Origin: Methanobacteriota archaeon
GTDB taxonomy: Archaea; Methanobacteriota; Methanobacteria; Methanobacteriales; Methanobacteriaceae
NCBI GenBank assembly: GCA_963787255.1
Contig: CAWBCJ010000010.1
Coordinates: forward strand, 148,373-212,372
Direction: 5' to 3'
DNA length: 64,000 nucleotides
The translations under genes and the position numbers were made by a program. This document shows positions 41,665 through 52,750 of the stretch, in pieces. The notes below the pieces were generated by a model. It saw nothing but the letters and a program-made list of their open reading frames with translations. It made no database searches and had not been told where the DNA came from. Within the stretch, counting starts at the first letter, position 1, and the number at the start of each line of letters is the position of its first letter.

Positions 41665-43950
41665 ATGCCTGAAACCAGTGAAGTTGAGCTTAGAGTTGCA
41701 GAAGCGTTGCAGCAGGATGTTGGAAAGGGAATTATAAGGATGGATAGAGAATTACTTTCTAAAATAGGTATTGCACCTGGAGAAATTGTTGAAATAATAG
41801 GTAAAAGAACCACCGGTGCAATAGTTGGTCAAGCATACCCTGCAGATATTGGACTTGAAATTGTAAGGATGGATGGCCTTACAAGATCTAACGCAGGAAC
41901 ATCTATAGGTGAAATGATAACTATAAGACATACAGAAATTAGAGCGGCCAAAAAAGTTGTATTAGCCCCTGCAACCAAAGGCCTTAGAATAATGGCTTCA
42001 GGCGACATTATTAAAAGAAATATACTGGGTAGACCAGTATCTAGAGGTGATGTATTATCTTTAATTTCCCCAAGAAGGACAAGAGAAACGTTTAAGGAGT
42101 TTCCAGCAAGCGAAAAAATTTTCAGAGAATTTTTTGAATCCACAACTCCCTTTTCCCTTGGAGAAATAAAATTTGCAATAGTATCCACAAATCCGGCAGG
42201 CATTGTAAGAATAAATGACGAAACCGAGGTTGAAGTCAGGCCAGAATCAGTGGAAATAATTGAAAAAAAGGTTCCAGACGTTACATACGATGACGTGGGA
42301 GGCTTAAAACAGGAAATATCAAAAGTAAGGGAAATGATAGAGCTTCCTTTACGTCATCCTGAGATATTTGATAGATTAGGAATTGATCCACCTCGTGGTG
42401 TGCTTTTACATGGTGCTCCAGGTACTGGAAAAACTCTTCTAGCTAAGGCAGTGGCTAATGAAAGTGGTTCAAACTTCGTGGCCATTAACGGTCCTGAAGT
42501 CATGAGTAAATATGTTGGTGAGGCTGAAAAGAAAATCAGGGATCTTTTTAAAGAAGCTGAAGAAAATGCACCTACTGTGATATTTATAGATGAAATTGAT
42601 GCTATTGCACCTAAACGTGAGGAAGTTACAGGGGAAGTTGAGCGGAGAGTTGTAGCACAGATACTTGCACTTATGGATGGATTAAAAGAAAGAGGAAAAG
42701 TAATAGTAATAGGTGCAACTAACCGTCCAGATGCGCTTGACCAAGCATTACGACGTCCTGGAAGATTTGACAGGGAAATTGAGCTTAGAGTACCGGATAG
42801 AGAAGGTAGATATGAAATATTACAAATTCACACTCGTGGAATGCCTTTAAAAGATGACGTGGATATAGAAGAAATTGCAGATATTACACACGGTTTTGTT
42901 GGTGCAGATCTGGCAGCTTTAAGCCGTGAATCAGCAATGATTGCTTTAAGAAGAATACTTCCAGAATTAGACCTTGAAGAACAGACTATTCCTCCAGAAG
43001 TTTTGGATAAATTGTTTGTTGCAAATGACGATTTTATGGAAGCATTAAAATCAATTAATCCATCTGCACTGCGTGAAGTGTTTATAGAAGTTCCAAATAT
43101 TCATTGGGAAGATATAGGTGGCTTAAAAGAGTTAAAGGAAACTTTAAAAGAGGCTGTGGAATGGCCTTTAACTCATTCTGAAGATTTCAGACGAATTGGA
43201 ATACAGCCCTCTAAGGGAGTTCTCTTATTTGGACCTCCGGGAACAGGTAAAACCATGCTCTCTAAGGCAGTGGCAACAGAATCAAAGGCCAATTTTATTT
43301 CGGTTAAAGGTTCAGAGATTTTAAGCAAATGGTTTGGGGAGTCTGAAAGAAAAATAGCAGAAATATTTAAAAAAGCAAAACAAGCATCTCCATGTATAAT
43401 ATTTTTCGACGAAATAGATGCCATAGCCCCAATGCGAGGTTCTGGGGTGGGAGAACCGCGAGTGGTTGAAAGAATGGTAAACACAATTCTTTCAGAAATG
43501 GATGGTTTAGAAGAATTAAGAGGTGTTGTAGTAATAGGTGCTACAAACAGGCCAGATTTAATTGATGCCGCATTATTACGCCCTGGAAGGTTTGATGAAG
43601 TTGTATTAGTTTCTCCTCCAGATGAGAAAGCCCGTCTAGATATTTTAAGGGTCCATGTTAAAAACATGGCTCTTGATGACGATGTGAACATTGAAGCGCT
43701 TGCAAAAAAGACGAAAGGCTATTCTGGAGCAGATATCGAGGCATTATGCAGAAAAGCAGGAGTAATTGCACTACATGAAGATATTAAGATTGAAAAGGTA
43801 TCAAAAAGACACTTTAAAGCAGCTTTAAAGAAAATAAATCCATCGACAACACCACAAACTAAAGAATACTACGAAGAAGTTGCAAGAAAACTTGGAAGGG
43901 GAATGGAACCTAAAAAAGTAAGAGAAGAGTTCCCAAGAGAGGTAGCTTAG
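41665..43950 (+). CDS. cdc48: CDC48/VAT family AAA+ ATPase
   Basis: N domain plus two AAA domains ([26 protein letters not shown]). Confidence 0.96.
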   Translation: MPETSEVELRVAEALQQDVGKGIIRMDRELLSKIGIAPGEIVEIIGKRTTGAIVGQAYPADIGLEIVRMDGLTRSNAGTSIGEMITIRHTEIRAAKKVVLAPATKGLRIMASGDIIKRNILGRPVSRGDVLSLISPRRTRETFKEFPASEKIFREFFESTTPFSLGEIKFAIVSTNPAGIVRINDETEVEVRPESVEIIEKKVPDVTYDDVGGLKQEISKVREMIELPLRHPEIFDRLGIDPPRGVLLHGAPGTGKTLLAKAVANESGSNFVAINGPEVMSKYVGEAEKKIRDLFKEAEENAPTVIFIDEIDAIAPKREEVTGEVERRVVAQILALMDGLKERGKVIVIGATNRPDALDQALRRPGRFDREIELRVPDREGRYEILQIHTRGMPLKDDVDIEEIADITHGFVGADLAALSRESAMIALRRILPELDLEEQTIPPEVLDKLFVANDDFMEALKSINPSALREVFIEVPNIHWEDIGGLKELKETLKEAVEWPLTHSEDFRRIGIQPSKGVLLFGPPGTGKTMLSKAVATESKANFISVKGSEILSKWFGESERKIAEIFKKAKQASPCIIFFDEIDAIAPMRGSGVGEPRVVERMVNTILSEMDGLEELRGVVVIGATNRPDLIDAALLRPGRFDEVVLVSPPDEKARLDILRVHVKNMALDDDVNIEALAKKTKGYSGADIEALCRKAGVIALHEDIKIEKVSKRHFKAALKKINPSTTPQTKEYYEEVARKLGRGMEPKKVREEFPREVA

Positions 43951-44097
43951 CCTAATATTTTTTAAACTTTATAAGTCCATTTATATTATTGGAAACAGCA
44001 AATCTGATATTATGAAATTATTCCAAAAGAATTTAAGTCAAATAAAACAATTTTACAATTAGTTACTATTTTATTTTTAAGATTAAGAGGTTATTCA

Positions 44098-44532
44098 TTG
44101 AAAAACAATACCAAAAAATTTGAATTTTTTGACGTTACAGCTGATGCAGGTATTAAAGCTTATGGAAATACATTAGAAGAGACATTTGAAAATGCAGCCC
44201 TAGCAATGTTTGAAGTGATAACTGATACCAATGCTATTAAGCCTGAAATTAAAAGAGAAATTCAAGTAGAATCTGAAGACGAATACGCGCTTCTTTACGA
44301 TTGGCTTTCTGAATTTCTGGTTATATTAGATTCTGAATTTCTGGTATTTTCAAAATTCGATGTTAAAATAGAAAAAAATGGTGAAGAATACGTTTTAAAT
44401 GGAACTGCATGGGGAGAAGAATTCAATCCAGAAAAACATGAAAGCAGAGCCGAAGTTAAAGCGGTTACTTATCATTTAATGGACATTAAAAAAGACAATG
44501 GTTACATGGTTCAAGTTATAGTGGACATTTAG
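44098..44532 (+). CDS. Archease
   Basis: DVTADAG, EVKAVTYH, terminal VDI; upstream of rtcB. Confidence 0.95.
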   Translation: MKNNTKKFEFFDVTADAGIKAYGNTLEETFENAALAMFEVITDTNAIKPEIKREIQVESEDEYALLYDWLSEFLVILDSEFLVFSKFDVKIEKNGEEYVLNGTAWGEEFNPEKHESRAEVKAVTYHLMDIKKDNGYMVQVIVDI

Positions 44533-44778
44533 CCCCCTCCCACATCTTGGAAAAAAATGTCCTCAAAAAATTGGTTCTAAGCTAATTAAGACAAATTTGT
44601 TGATTTGTTTAATATAACATAATTCCATTTAGTGTAGTTGACTTATTTAATCATAATATTCAATTTTATTTAAATTGGATACTTATTTTAAAAAGAATTA
44701 ACAAAAATATTAATTAATCTATTTATCAAGTTTTTAATAAAAATTATTCTTAACATTCTGTTTTTGGAGAGATAAACA

Positions 44779-46227
44779 ATGGAAATTGAAGGAAATTTGA
44801 AAAAAATAAGGGATTGTGTTTGGGAAATCCCATCAAGCTATAAAAAGGATATGAGAGTCCCTGCAAGGATATATTTAAATGATGAAGCCATTAAAGAAGT
44901 AGAAGTAGGAGCAGTAGATCAGGTCTCTAATGTGGCATGTTTACCTGGAATTCAGAAGTTTTCAATTGGACTTCCAGACATACATTTCGGATACGGGTTT
45001 AGTATAGGGGGAGTTGCAGCTTTCAGTGCTCGAAATGGGATTATAAGTCCGGGTGGTGTTGGATTTGATATTAACTGTGGTGCAAGGCTTTTAAGAACAA
45101 ATTTAACTGAAGATGAATTAAAACCAAAACTCAATCAGCTTATGGATGCGCTCTTTAAGAATATACCTTCGGGTGTAGGAAGTAAAGGTAAAATAAGACT
45201 TCAAGAAGGACAAATCGATGAAGTGCTTGATAATGGGGCTGAATGGGCTGTTGAAAATGGATATGGCTGGGAAAGAGACCTTCAATTCATTGAAGAAAAC
45301 GGTAAAATGGAGTCTGCAGATTCAAGTAAAGTCAGTGATAAAGCCAAAAAAAGAGGCGTACCCCAATTAGGTTCGCTTGGATCAGGAAATCACTTCTTAG
45401 AAATCCAAAAAATGGATAAAATCTTTGATCATGACACAGCAAAAGTTTTTGGAATAGAAGAAGGTCAAATAGTAGTGCTTATCCACACCGGCTCAAGAGG
45501 ATGTGGTCATCAAATATGCTCAGACTACCTCAGAGTCATGGACAGGGCAGCAAAAAGATACCAGATCAATCTTCCTGACAGACAGTTAGCATGCGCACCA
45601 GTAGATTCAGAGGAAGCAAAAGATTATTTCAGCGCAATGTCTGCGGGGGCAAATTATGCTTGGACTAACAGGCAAATGATTGTTCATTGGGTTCGTGAAT
45701 CATTTGAACAGGTTTACAAGAGGGATGCTGAAGAAATGGGCATGGATATAATCTACGATGTTGCCCATAACATTGCTAAAAAAGAAACTCACAAAATAAA
45801 AGGAAGAGATATGGAAGTTTATGTTCACAGAAAGGGAGCAACCCGTGCATTTGGTCCGGGAAGAGAAGAAATTCCTAAAGTTTACCGGGATGTAGGGCAG
45901 CCTGTTTTAATCCCCGGAACAATGGGTACAGCATCATATATACTTGTAGGAACAGATACTGCGATGGAAGAAACATTTGGTTCTTCTGCTCACGGTGCTG
46001 GACGTAAAATGAGTAGAGCTGGAGCTAAAAGAGAATACAAAGGCGAGGAAGTTAAAAAATACTTAGAAAGCAAAGGAATTGTTATTAGAGCAACTTCAAT
46101 GCCAATTGTAGCTGAAGAAGCTCCCGGAGCCTATAAAGACGTTGATGAAGTTGTTATGACTTCCCATAAAGCAGGAATATCTAATATGGTTGGTAAAATG
46201 ATACCTCTTGGAGTTTCCAAGGGATAA
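44779..46227 (+). CDS. rtcB: tRNA-splicing ligase RtcB
   Basis: [32 protein letters not shown]. Confidence 0.97.
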   Translation: MEIEGNLKKIRDCVWEIPSSYKKDMRVPARIYLNDEAIKEVEVGAVDQVSNVACLPGIQKFSIGLPDIHFGYGFSIGGVAAFSARNGIISPGGVGFDINCGARLLRTNLTEDELKPKLNQLMDALFKNIPSGVGSKGKIRLQEGQIDEVLDNGAEWAVENGYGWERDLQFIEENGKMESADSSKVSDKAKKRGVPQLGSLGSGNHFLEIQKMDKIFDHDTAKVFGIEEGQIVVLIHTGSRGCGHQICSDYLRVMDRAAKRYQINLPDRQLACAPVDSEEAKDYFSAMSAGANYAWTNRQMIVHWVRESFEQVYKRDAEEMGMDIIYDVAHNIAKKETHKIKGRDMEVYVHRKGATRAFGPGREEIPKVYRDVGQPVLIPGTMGTASYILVGTDTAMEETFGSSAHGAGRKMSRAGAKREYKGEEVKKYLESKGIVIRATSMPIVAEEAPGAYKDVDEVVMTSHKAGISNMVGKMIPLGVSKG

Positions 46228-46303
46228 AAAGCCATAATTTTTTTTAATATTTATTTTTAAATTTAACTGAAGATAAAAAAAAAATTTAAAGTAGGGTGTT
46301 TAA

Positions 46304-46708
46304 ATGGCAAAAAGGCCATTAGGAATTGTAATAGTAGCTATAATAATGTTTTTAGCAACAGCAATGGCTTTAATAGTTGGAATATCATTACTTTTGCCGG
46401 GAACCGCTTTAGATATATTATGGACATTAAACCCTGCTGCTGCAGGGCTTACATCTATGGGCACTATCTTGGGATTTTTTCTTTTAGTTATAGGGATAAT
46501 TACATTATCTGCAGGAATCGGATTTTTAAAAGGTCGAAAATGGGCTTGGTGGATAGTAGTAATAATATTTGTATTAAATGGAATTGGAGATGTATTTAGA
46601 ATTGCTTTAGGCGGTATTGAAGGAATAGTTGGAGTATTAATTGCAGCAGTCTTTTTATTTTATCTTACCCGACCTGAAGTTAAAAAATTTTTTGAAAAAT
46701 CAAATTAA
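46304..46708 (+). CDS. Small membrane protein (DUF2127-like)
   Basis: KRPLG start, four hydrophobic segments, YL.RPEVK.FF end. Confidence 0.7.
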   Translation: MAKRPLGIVIVAIIMFLATAMALIVGISLLLPGTALDILWTLNPAAAGLTSMGTILGFFLLVIGIITLSAGIGFLKGRKWAWWIVVIIFVLNGIGDVFRIALGGIEGIVGVLIAAVFLFYLTRPEVKKFFEKSN

Positions 46709-46748
46709 AATGTTTTTAAGTTATTAATTGGTCTTTTGGAGGTTTTAA

Positions 46749-47129
46749 ATGTTAAAATTTGAAGGAATTAAAGAATTTGACATTGAAAAACTGGACAGTA
46801 AATCAGATCTTACAAAACGAAGACTTCGAAATCGAAGATTTCAAGAGCTTTCCAGAAATTTTCAGATAATTTTTTCAGATGAGGTATTAGGAGAAGATGA
46901 TTGTGAATTGGTTGAAAAAGCATTTAATAAGCATGAGTTTAGCATAAAAGATGAAATTATAAAAACTGAAGTTATCTACAACATTGATCTGGATACAGCA
47001 ACAATTGCAATGACTATTCACTGTCCTTTAATGCATATTGACCAGATTTCAGAAGAAAAACTTAATGATCTTTTAGATAAGCAAAAAAGTAATTTTGAAG
47101 AATATTATGAGAAAATAAAACCTTATTAA
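46749..47129 (+). CDS. Hypothetical protein
   Basis: 126-aa ORF with GGAGG SD. Confidence 0.6.
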   Translation: MLKFEGIKEFDIEKLDSKSDLTKRRLRNRRFQELSRNFQIIFSDEVLGEDDCELVEKAFNKHEFSIKDEIIKTEVIYNIDLDTATIAMTIHCPLMHIDQISEEKLNDLLDKQKSNFEEYYEKIKPY

Positions 47130-47211
47130 ATTAAATATTTAAAAACTAAAAGAAAATTTAAAAAAAAATAGTTTTTGTTCCCCCTATGAGGAACAATTTA
47201 GAATTTTTGTT

Positions 47212-49999
47212 TTAAATCATTGCCCATGGTTTCATTCCTGCCCAGTCAGCTACCTTACCGCTGGTGTTGTAGTAATCTAGGATCATGGTGTACATGTAGA
47301 CTAGGTTTTGGAATCCTAGACATGTTCCTAGGCTTGTTCCGTACGCGTAGTCTGGTGTTTTACCATTACTGTCCATGTAGTTTTTGACATCATTGGCTAT
47401 TTTTAGGTATTCTGCTTTGTAGATGTTTCCAGCATGAATATTGTCTTTTGGACTTGTTGGTGCAGTGAAATTCATTAATGGTATCGGATTGTTTTTTCCA
47501 CTGTTAATTTGCAGTAAAGCACTGGTTAATAGTTCCAGGAATTGTGACATGCTAACTTGGTTTGACCCTATTAATACAGAACCAGGTAAAACATGATTGG
47601 ACTCGATTTGACCTCTTACAGTTGATGCAGCGGCTTTAATTTGATCTATACTGAATTTTGGTGCATTTGGGTCCACTACAGGTTTTGATACTATAACGCT
47701 CCATGGTTCCATTCCTGCCCAGTCAGCTACCTTACCGCTGGTGTTGTAGTAATCTAGGATCATGCTGTACATGTAGACGAGGTTTTCAAATCTTAGACAT
47801 GTTCCTAGGCTTGTTCTGGTATGCGAAGTCTGGTGTTTTACCACTACTGTCCATGTAGTTTTTGATGTCGTTTGCAATTTTCAAGTATTCTGCTTTGATA
47901 GATGTTTCCTGCATGAATATTGTCTCTTGGACTTGTTAGGTGCAGTGAAATTCTTAATGGTATTGGATTGTTGTTTCCACTGTTTATTTGTAGTAATGCG
48001 GTGGTTGAGTAGTTCTAGGAATTGTGACATGCTAACTTGGCTTGATCCAATTTGCACATAGTCTGGTAAGTTTGTGATTAGACTCAACATAAGCCCTTAC
48101 AGTTGAAGCAGCGGCTTTAATTTGATCTACAGTGAATTTTGGTGCATTTGGATCCACTAACAGGTTTTGATACTATAACACTCCAAGGCTCCATCCCTGC
48201 CCAGTCAGCCATCTTACCACTGGTTATGATGGTAATCTAGGATCATGCTGTACATGTAGACGAGGTTTTCAAATCTTAGATATGTTCCTAGGCTTGTTTG
48301 GTATGCGAAGTCTGGTGTTTTACCACTACTGTCCATGTAGTTTTTAACATCTCTTGCAATTTTCAAGATATTCTGCTTTATAGATGTTTCCTGCATGTAT
48401 GTCTTCTATTGGGCTTATAGGTGCTGCTGAAGTTTCTTAATGGTATTGTATTGCTGTTTCCATTGTTAATTTGTAGTAATGCGGTGGTTAGAGTTCTAAG
48501 AATTGGGACGTGCTTACTTCCAGTTCCGGAAACATTAACCGTACTTGGAAGTTTATGATAAGTTTCAATATAGCTTCTCACGGTGGATGCTGCAGCTTCT
48601 ATTTGAGCCACACTGAAAGAATATGGGGTTGTAGTGAAGTTGCTTGTGAAGGCAGTTATATTATTTCCAGCCAAGTCGGTTATTGAGTTTGCTGGCAAGT
48701 TAATTAATGAATTTGTTCCTATAGCGTAATTTGCACTATTGGTTAGTGTTAAAACATTACCACTAATGGATTTAGTTATACTTGACACTACTGCACCGTT
48801 ATTGGTTATAGTAATGCTGTTGTAAGCTGTTCCTGCTTTTATTGCTTCGCTAAATGTTATTTTGATTACCTTGTTAATTGCAACGTTTATAGAACCATTA
48901 GTTGGATCTACACTTGTAATGCTTGGAGCAATTGTTTTCACCGCTTCACATTCCAGTGTACCATTCATTGACTGTTAATGTTTTAACTCCAGTTTGGGAA
49001 ATATATGCAATTAAACCGGTGAAATCAGTTATAGTCCATTGATATGCGCCATCTTCACCAGGAGCAATTACTGGACAGTATCTCGTGTAGTAATATGAAA
49101 GCGGTTGTGTTTGTTGCTATTGCTCCATCAACGAATGCTTTAGCTTGATCTAAGGTATGACTTCCAGTAATTTCTTATCTGGAAGCTGTAATAAATTAGC
49201 AGGAGGATTTGTACATATATCCATCATCAGTTGTTCGATGGATTTTTATTCCTAATTCACGTAATACTTCCAACACTTCATCATTGTATGATCCAAAAGG
49301 ACTTGCAAAATGATATGCGCCATCTCCAAATCCATTATTTTTAAGCCAGTCTATAGCTGTTTGAAGTTCAGAAACTTATTTCTGTTTTAGTTAATGTTAG
49401 AAGATCTAAATGTGTCACTTCCATGATTTGCAATTGTCCATCCGGCATTATGTAGTTCTTGAAGTTCTGCTAAGGTTAAATATCCATGGTTTTCCAACAT
49501 ATGCTGGAATAACATATACTGTTCCTTTAATTCCGTATTGTTGCATTATGGGATATGCATTAGTATATACTGATTCAGCTCCATCATCAAAGGTTATAAC
49601 TATTGTTCCATTTGGATTGTTGGCTGCAGCTAATGCTGATACGCTACTTTAGTGTAAGTTAATTCTTGGGTTGGACTAGAACTGGTAGTTAATGCTGCAT
49701 TATTGGAAGAATTAGCTGTGTCTTCGTTAGTTTTTTGTGTAGGCGTTGTATTTGAGGATGCAGTAGTTAGTGTTTTGTTTGATTCAGCTTGTTTGTGTAG
49801 GGGACGAATTTTGGGTATTTGTGGTGTTCGTTATTGTAGAATTGTTATTTCCAGAGTCGTTAGCATAGATATTGTCTTCAGTGGTTGCAGAAACTTCAGC
49901 AATAGTTGTACTAAATGTTAAAGTCAGGAGCAACAAAAAAATAATGGTTTTATTGTGTCCAAAATTTTTAAATTTGCTTAAAATTGCACTGTTTTTAAT
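47212..49999 (-). pseudogene. Large cell-wall protein: signal peptide, T/N-rich linker, polysaccharide deacetylase, Ig-like (Big_5) domain, three pseudomurein-binding units; many frameshifts (possibly sequence errors)
   Basis: Fragments read VITFDDGAESVYTNAYPIMQQYGIKGTVYVI...WTIANH...HFASPFG (NodB/CE4); APSITSVDP...IKITFSE...DLAGN (Big_5); repeats as at 24 kb. Confidence 0.75.
47215..48620 (-). repeat. Three ~480-bp coding repeats, inverted relative to 23933..25320
   Basis: Near-identical protein and DNA, e.g. KVADWAGMEPWSVIVSKPVVDPNAPKFS in both loci. Confidence 0.9.
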
Positions 50000-50252
50000 C
50001 TTTATTCCCTCCTAATCGCTTTTTTTAGTAATAACTTGATTTAATAAGTTATTTTGTCCATTAAATGTATCTAAGATTTAGGATATTGTCCGTAATTTTA
50101 GATATTAATAATATGGTAATATATTATTACTAATATATAGTAAATGAGGTAATAAATAGTTAACTATCGGTAATAAAATAAATAATATTATTTGTTTAAA
50201 GGAGACACTTTTTTAGGGTATCTTGCAAAGTTTAGACATGTTTATCAAGCAA

Positions 50253-50517
50253 AAACGGAGATAAATAATGGATAAAATGGTAAAAAGTTGAGAATTCAAC
50301 TCGCCTATGAACAAAAATGGAAATAAATAAACGATAAAAATAGTAAAAAAGTTGATAACTTAATTCGCTTATGAAAACATGAGTTGACATATCATCTATA
50401 ATCCGCTATTAACTGATTTGATTATTTTTTTCGAATTTTACGGGATTTAAACATTTTCTCCTAGACAGGATTTAAACATTTTTTCTAGACATTTATGACA
50501 TGAAAATTCGAGAAATA
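50253..50517. repeat. Intergenic repeat cluster: degenerate ~63-bp tandem duplication, plus a ~95-bp element with terminal inverted repeats and an internal 24-25-bp direct repeat
   Basis: aaaaagttgagaattcaactcgcctatgaa vs aaaaagttgataacttaattcgcttatgaa; tcgaatttt...aaaattcga around ggatttaaacatttt(ctc/tt)ctagaca x2. Confidence 0.65.
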
Positions 50518-50654
50518 AAAAAAAAGGAATATTTATAGTTTAGTCCTGTTTTGAAGATGTTTTATTTTTTCTATTAAATTGAGTTATATCTACAGTAATT
50601 GACTTGAGTAAAAATTGAAAAGTTAAAATACATCTTTTTTCAAATAGTGAAAAC

Positions 50655-51426
50655 ATGATAGGAATTATAGGCGGCACTGGAATATACGAAATAGTTGAAA
50701 TGGGAGAAGAAGTTGAAACAAGGGTCATTGATACTCCTTACGGAAAATCTCCAGAAATTACCATTTTTAAATTACACGAAAAGGAAGTTGCGTTCATGCC
50801 CAGACATGCAAAAGGGCATGCAAATCCTCCACATATGATAAATTACAGGGCTAACATCCATGCAATGAAACAGATGGGTGTAGAAAGGATAATTGCCACT
50901 AATGCTGTTGGATCCCTTGAAATATCAGTTAAACCGGGGGATTTTTTGGTGCCTCACGATTTTCTTGATTTTACCAAGGTAAGAGAATTCACATTCTACG
51001 ACTCTAAAACTGTTCATATTGATATTACAGAGCCTTATTGCCATAATTTAAGGGATATTTTAATTTCTTCAGGTGAAGTCGTTGAAAATGGGAGTTTACG
51101 TTTGTACTGAAGGTCCACGATTTGAAACAGCCGCTGAAATAAAGATGTTCAAACAGTTGGGTGGTGATGTTGTGGGAATGACCGGAATACCCGAAGCAAT
51201 ACTTGCAAGAGAGCTTGAAATTTGTTATGCCAGCATATGCATGGTTTCAAATTATGCAGCATCAATATCTTCAACAAAATTAACAATTAAAGAAGTATTT
51301 GACATTGTTGAAGATAAAAAGGAAGATTTAGTTAAATTAATCTATAATGCAATAGCAAAAACTCCTGCAGAAAGGGATTGCCCCTGTAAATATGCATTAG
51401 TAGGCGCAGAAATAGATGAAGTTTAA
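50655..51426 (+). CDS. mtnP: Methylthioinosine/methylthioadenosine phosphorylase, one frameshift near 51090
   Basis: IGIIGGTG, PRHA.GH, NAVGSL, then EGPRFETAAE, VGMT, SNYAA (Asn suggests 6-oxopurine preference). Confidence 0.88.
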
Positions 51427-51685
51427 ATTAAAATGGTCTTTTTACTTTTTTAGATATAATAAACTATTATATGGAATAAATTTTAATAAACACGGGCTTT
51501 TAATTTATAATAATCATCAAGTACCTTATTTTGTTAAATAAGAACATTTTTTAGTGGATATTGTCTAATAATGGTTTAAGTATTTATTAGATGAAGCAGA
51601 TAAATAATTAAGAATTGTAATAACTATAGTTAAATATTCTATTGTTTCACTGTTTTTAATATTATATTGATTTAAAGGCGATTTT

Positions 51686-52603
51686 ATGTTAAATGATCTG
51701 CAAAAGGAAATTATACAACTTAAAGAAGAAAAAAATGCAATAATACTGGCCCATAACTATCAAACTGGGGATATACAGGAGATTGCAGATTTCATGGGCG
51801 ATTCTCTCGAACTTTGTATAAAAGCAACAGAAATAGAGGATAAAGATATGGTGGTTTTCTGCGGCGTTGATTTCATGGCAGAAACCGCAGCAATCCTGAA
51901 TCCAGAAAAAAAAATATTGATTCCAGATACTCAAGCAGAATGTCCTATGGCACACATGCTCCCTGCAAGTGAAGTAAAAAAAGCAAAGCAGAGACATGAG
52001 GGTGCAGCAGTAGTTTTATACGTTAATACTCTTGCAGAAGCAAAGGCAGAGGCCGACATTCTCTGCACATCTTCAAACGCGGTTAAAATCGTTGAAAGTC
52101 TTGATGAGGATAGAATACTCTTTGGACCGGATATGAACCTTGCAGCATACGTTTCTCAATTTACAGACAAAGAAATAATTCCTATTCCTGAAGGCGGGCA
52201 CTGCTATGTGCATAAAATGTTTACAGGAGAAATTTTCTTTTTAAGAGAAAAATATCCTGACGCAGAAATACTTGTGCATCCTGAATGTGATCCAGAGATT
52301 CAGGAAATGGCAGATTTCGTTTTAAGTACAGGCGGTATGGTTAGTCACGTCAAAGAATCATCTAAGGATACATTCATAATTGGAACTGAGGTTGATATGG
52401 TTACCCGGCTTAGGCGGGAAAATCCGGATAAAAAGATAATTCCAGCTTTATCTGAGGCCATATGTAAAACTATGAAGCTCCATACACTTCAAAAAGTTAA
52501 AAATTCACTTTTAAACGAGGAATTTGTGGTAAAAGTTGATGATGATATTGCAGAAAAGGCAAAAATTGCTGTTGAACGGATGATTGAAGTTTCAAAACGT
52601 TAA
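51686..52603 (+). CDS. nadA: Quinolinate synthase
   Basis: ILAHNYQ, FCGV.FMAE, YVNT, CTSSN, HPEC and three cluster Cys. Confidence 0.96.
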   Translation: MLNDLQKEIIQLKEEKNAIILAHNYQTGDIQEIADFMGDSLELCIKATEIEDKDMVVFCGVDFMAETAAILNPEKKILIPDTQAECPMAHMLPASEVKKAKQRHEGAAVVLYVNTLAEAKAEADILCTSSNAVKIVESLDEDRILFGPDMNLAAYVSQFTDKEIIPIPEGGHCYVHKMFTGEIFFLREKYPDAEILVHPECDPEIQEMADFVLSTGGMVSHVKESSKDTFIIGTEVDMVTRLRRENPDKKIIPALSEAICKTMKLHTLQKVKNSLLNEEFVVKVDDDIAEKAKIAVERMIEVSKR

Positions 52604-52750
52604 TTGACCCGTTTTTCTATTTTATTTTTTAAATTACTAATTTTTATTACTTTTCAAATGCTCTCGGGATAATCCTTTATTATAAAAATTATAATATAAA
52701 AACTTGAGAATATTATTTACAATTTTATTTGTTAGTGGATCCCAAAAAAA

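Noticed and set aside
40190-46227. Inteins in cdc6, cdc48 or rtcB
   Set aside because: Proteins are normal length with no splicing motifs or insertions
50443-50491. Mini-CRISPR
   Set aside because: Only two adjacent copies with no spacer
51060-51110. Programmed frameshift in mtnP or DUF763
   Set aside because: Several indels in neighbouring unrelated genes make sequence error the simpler explanation
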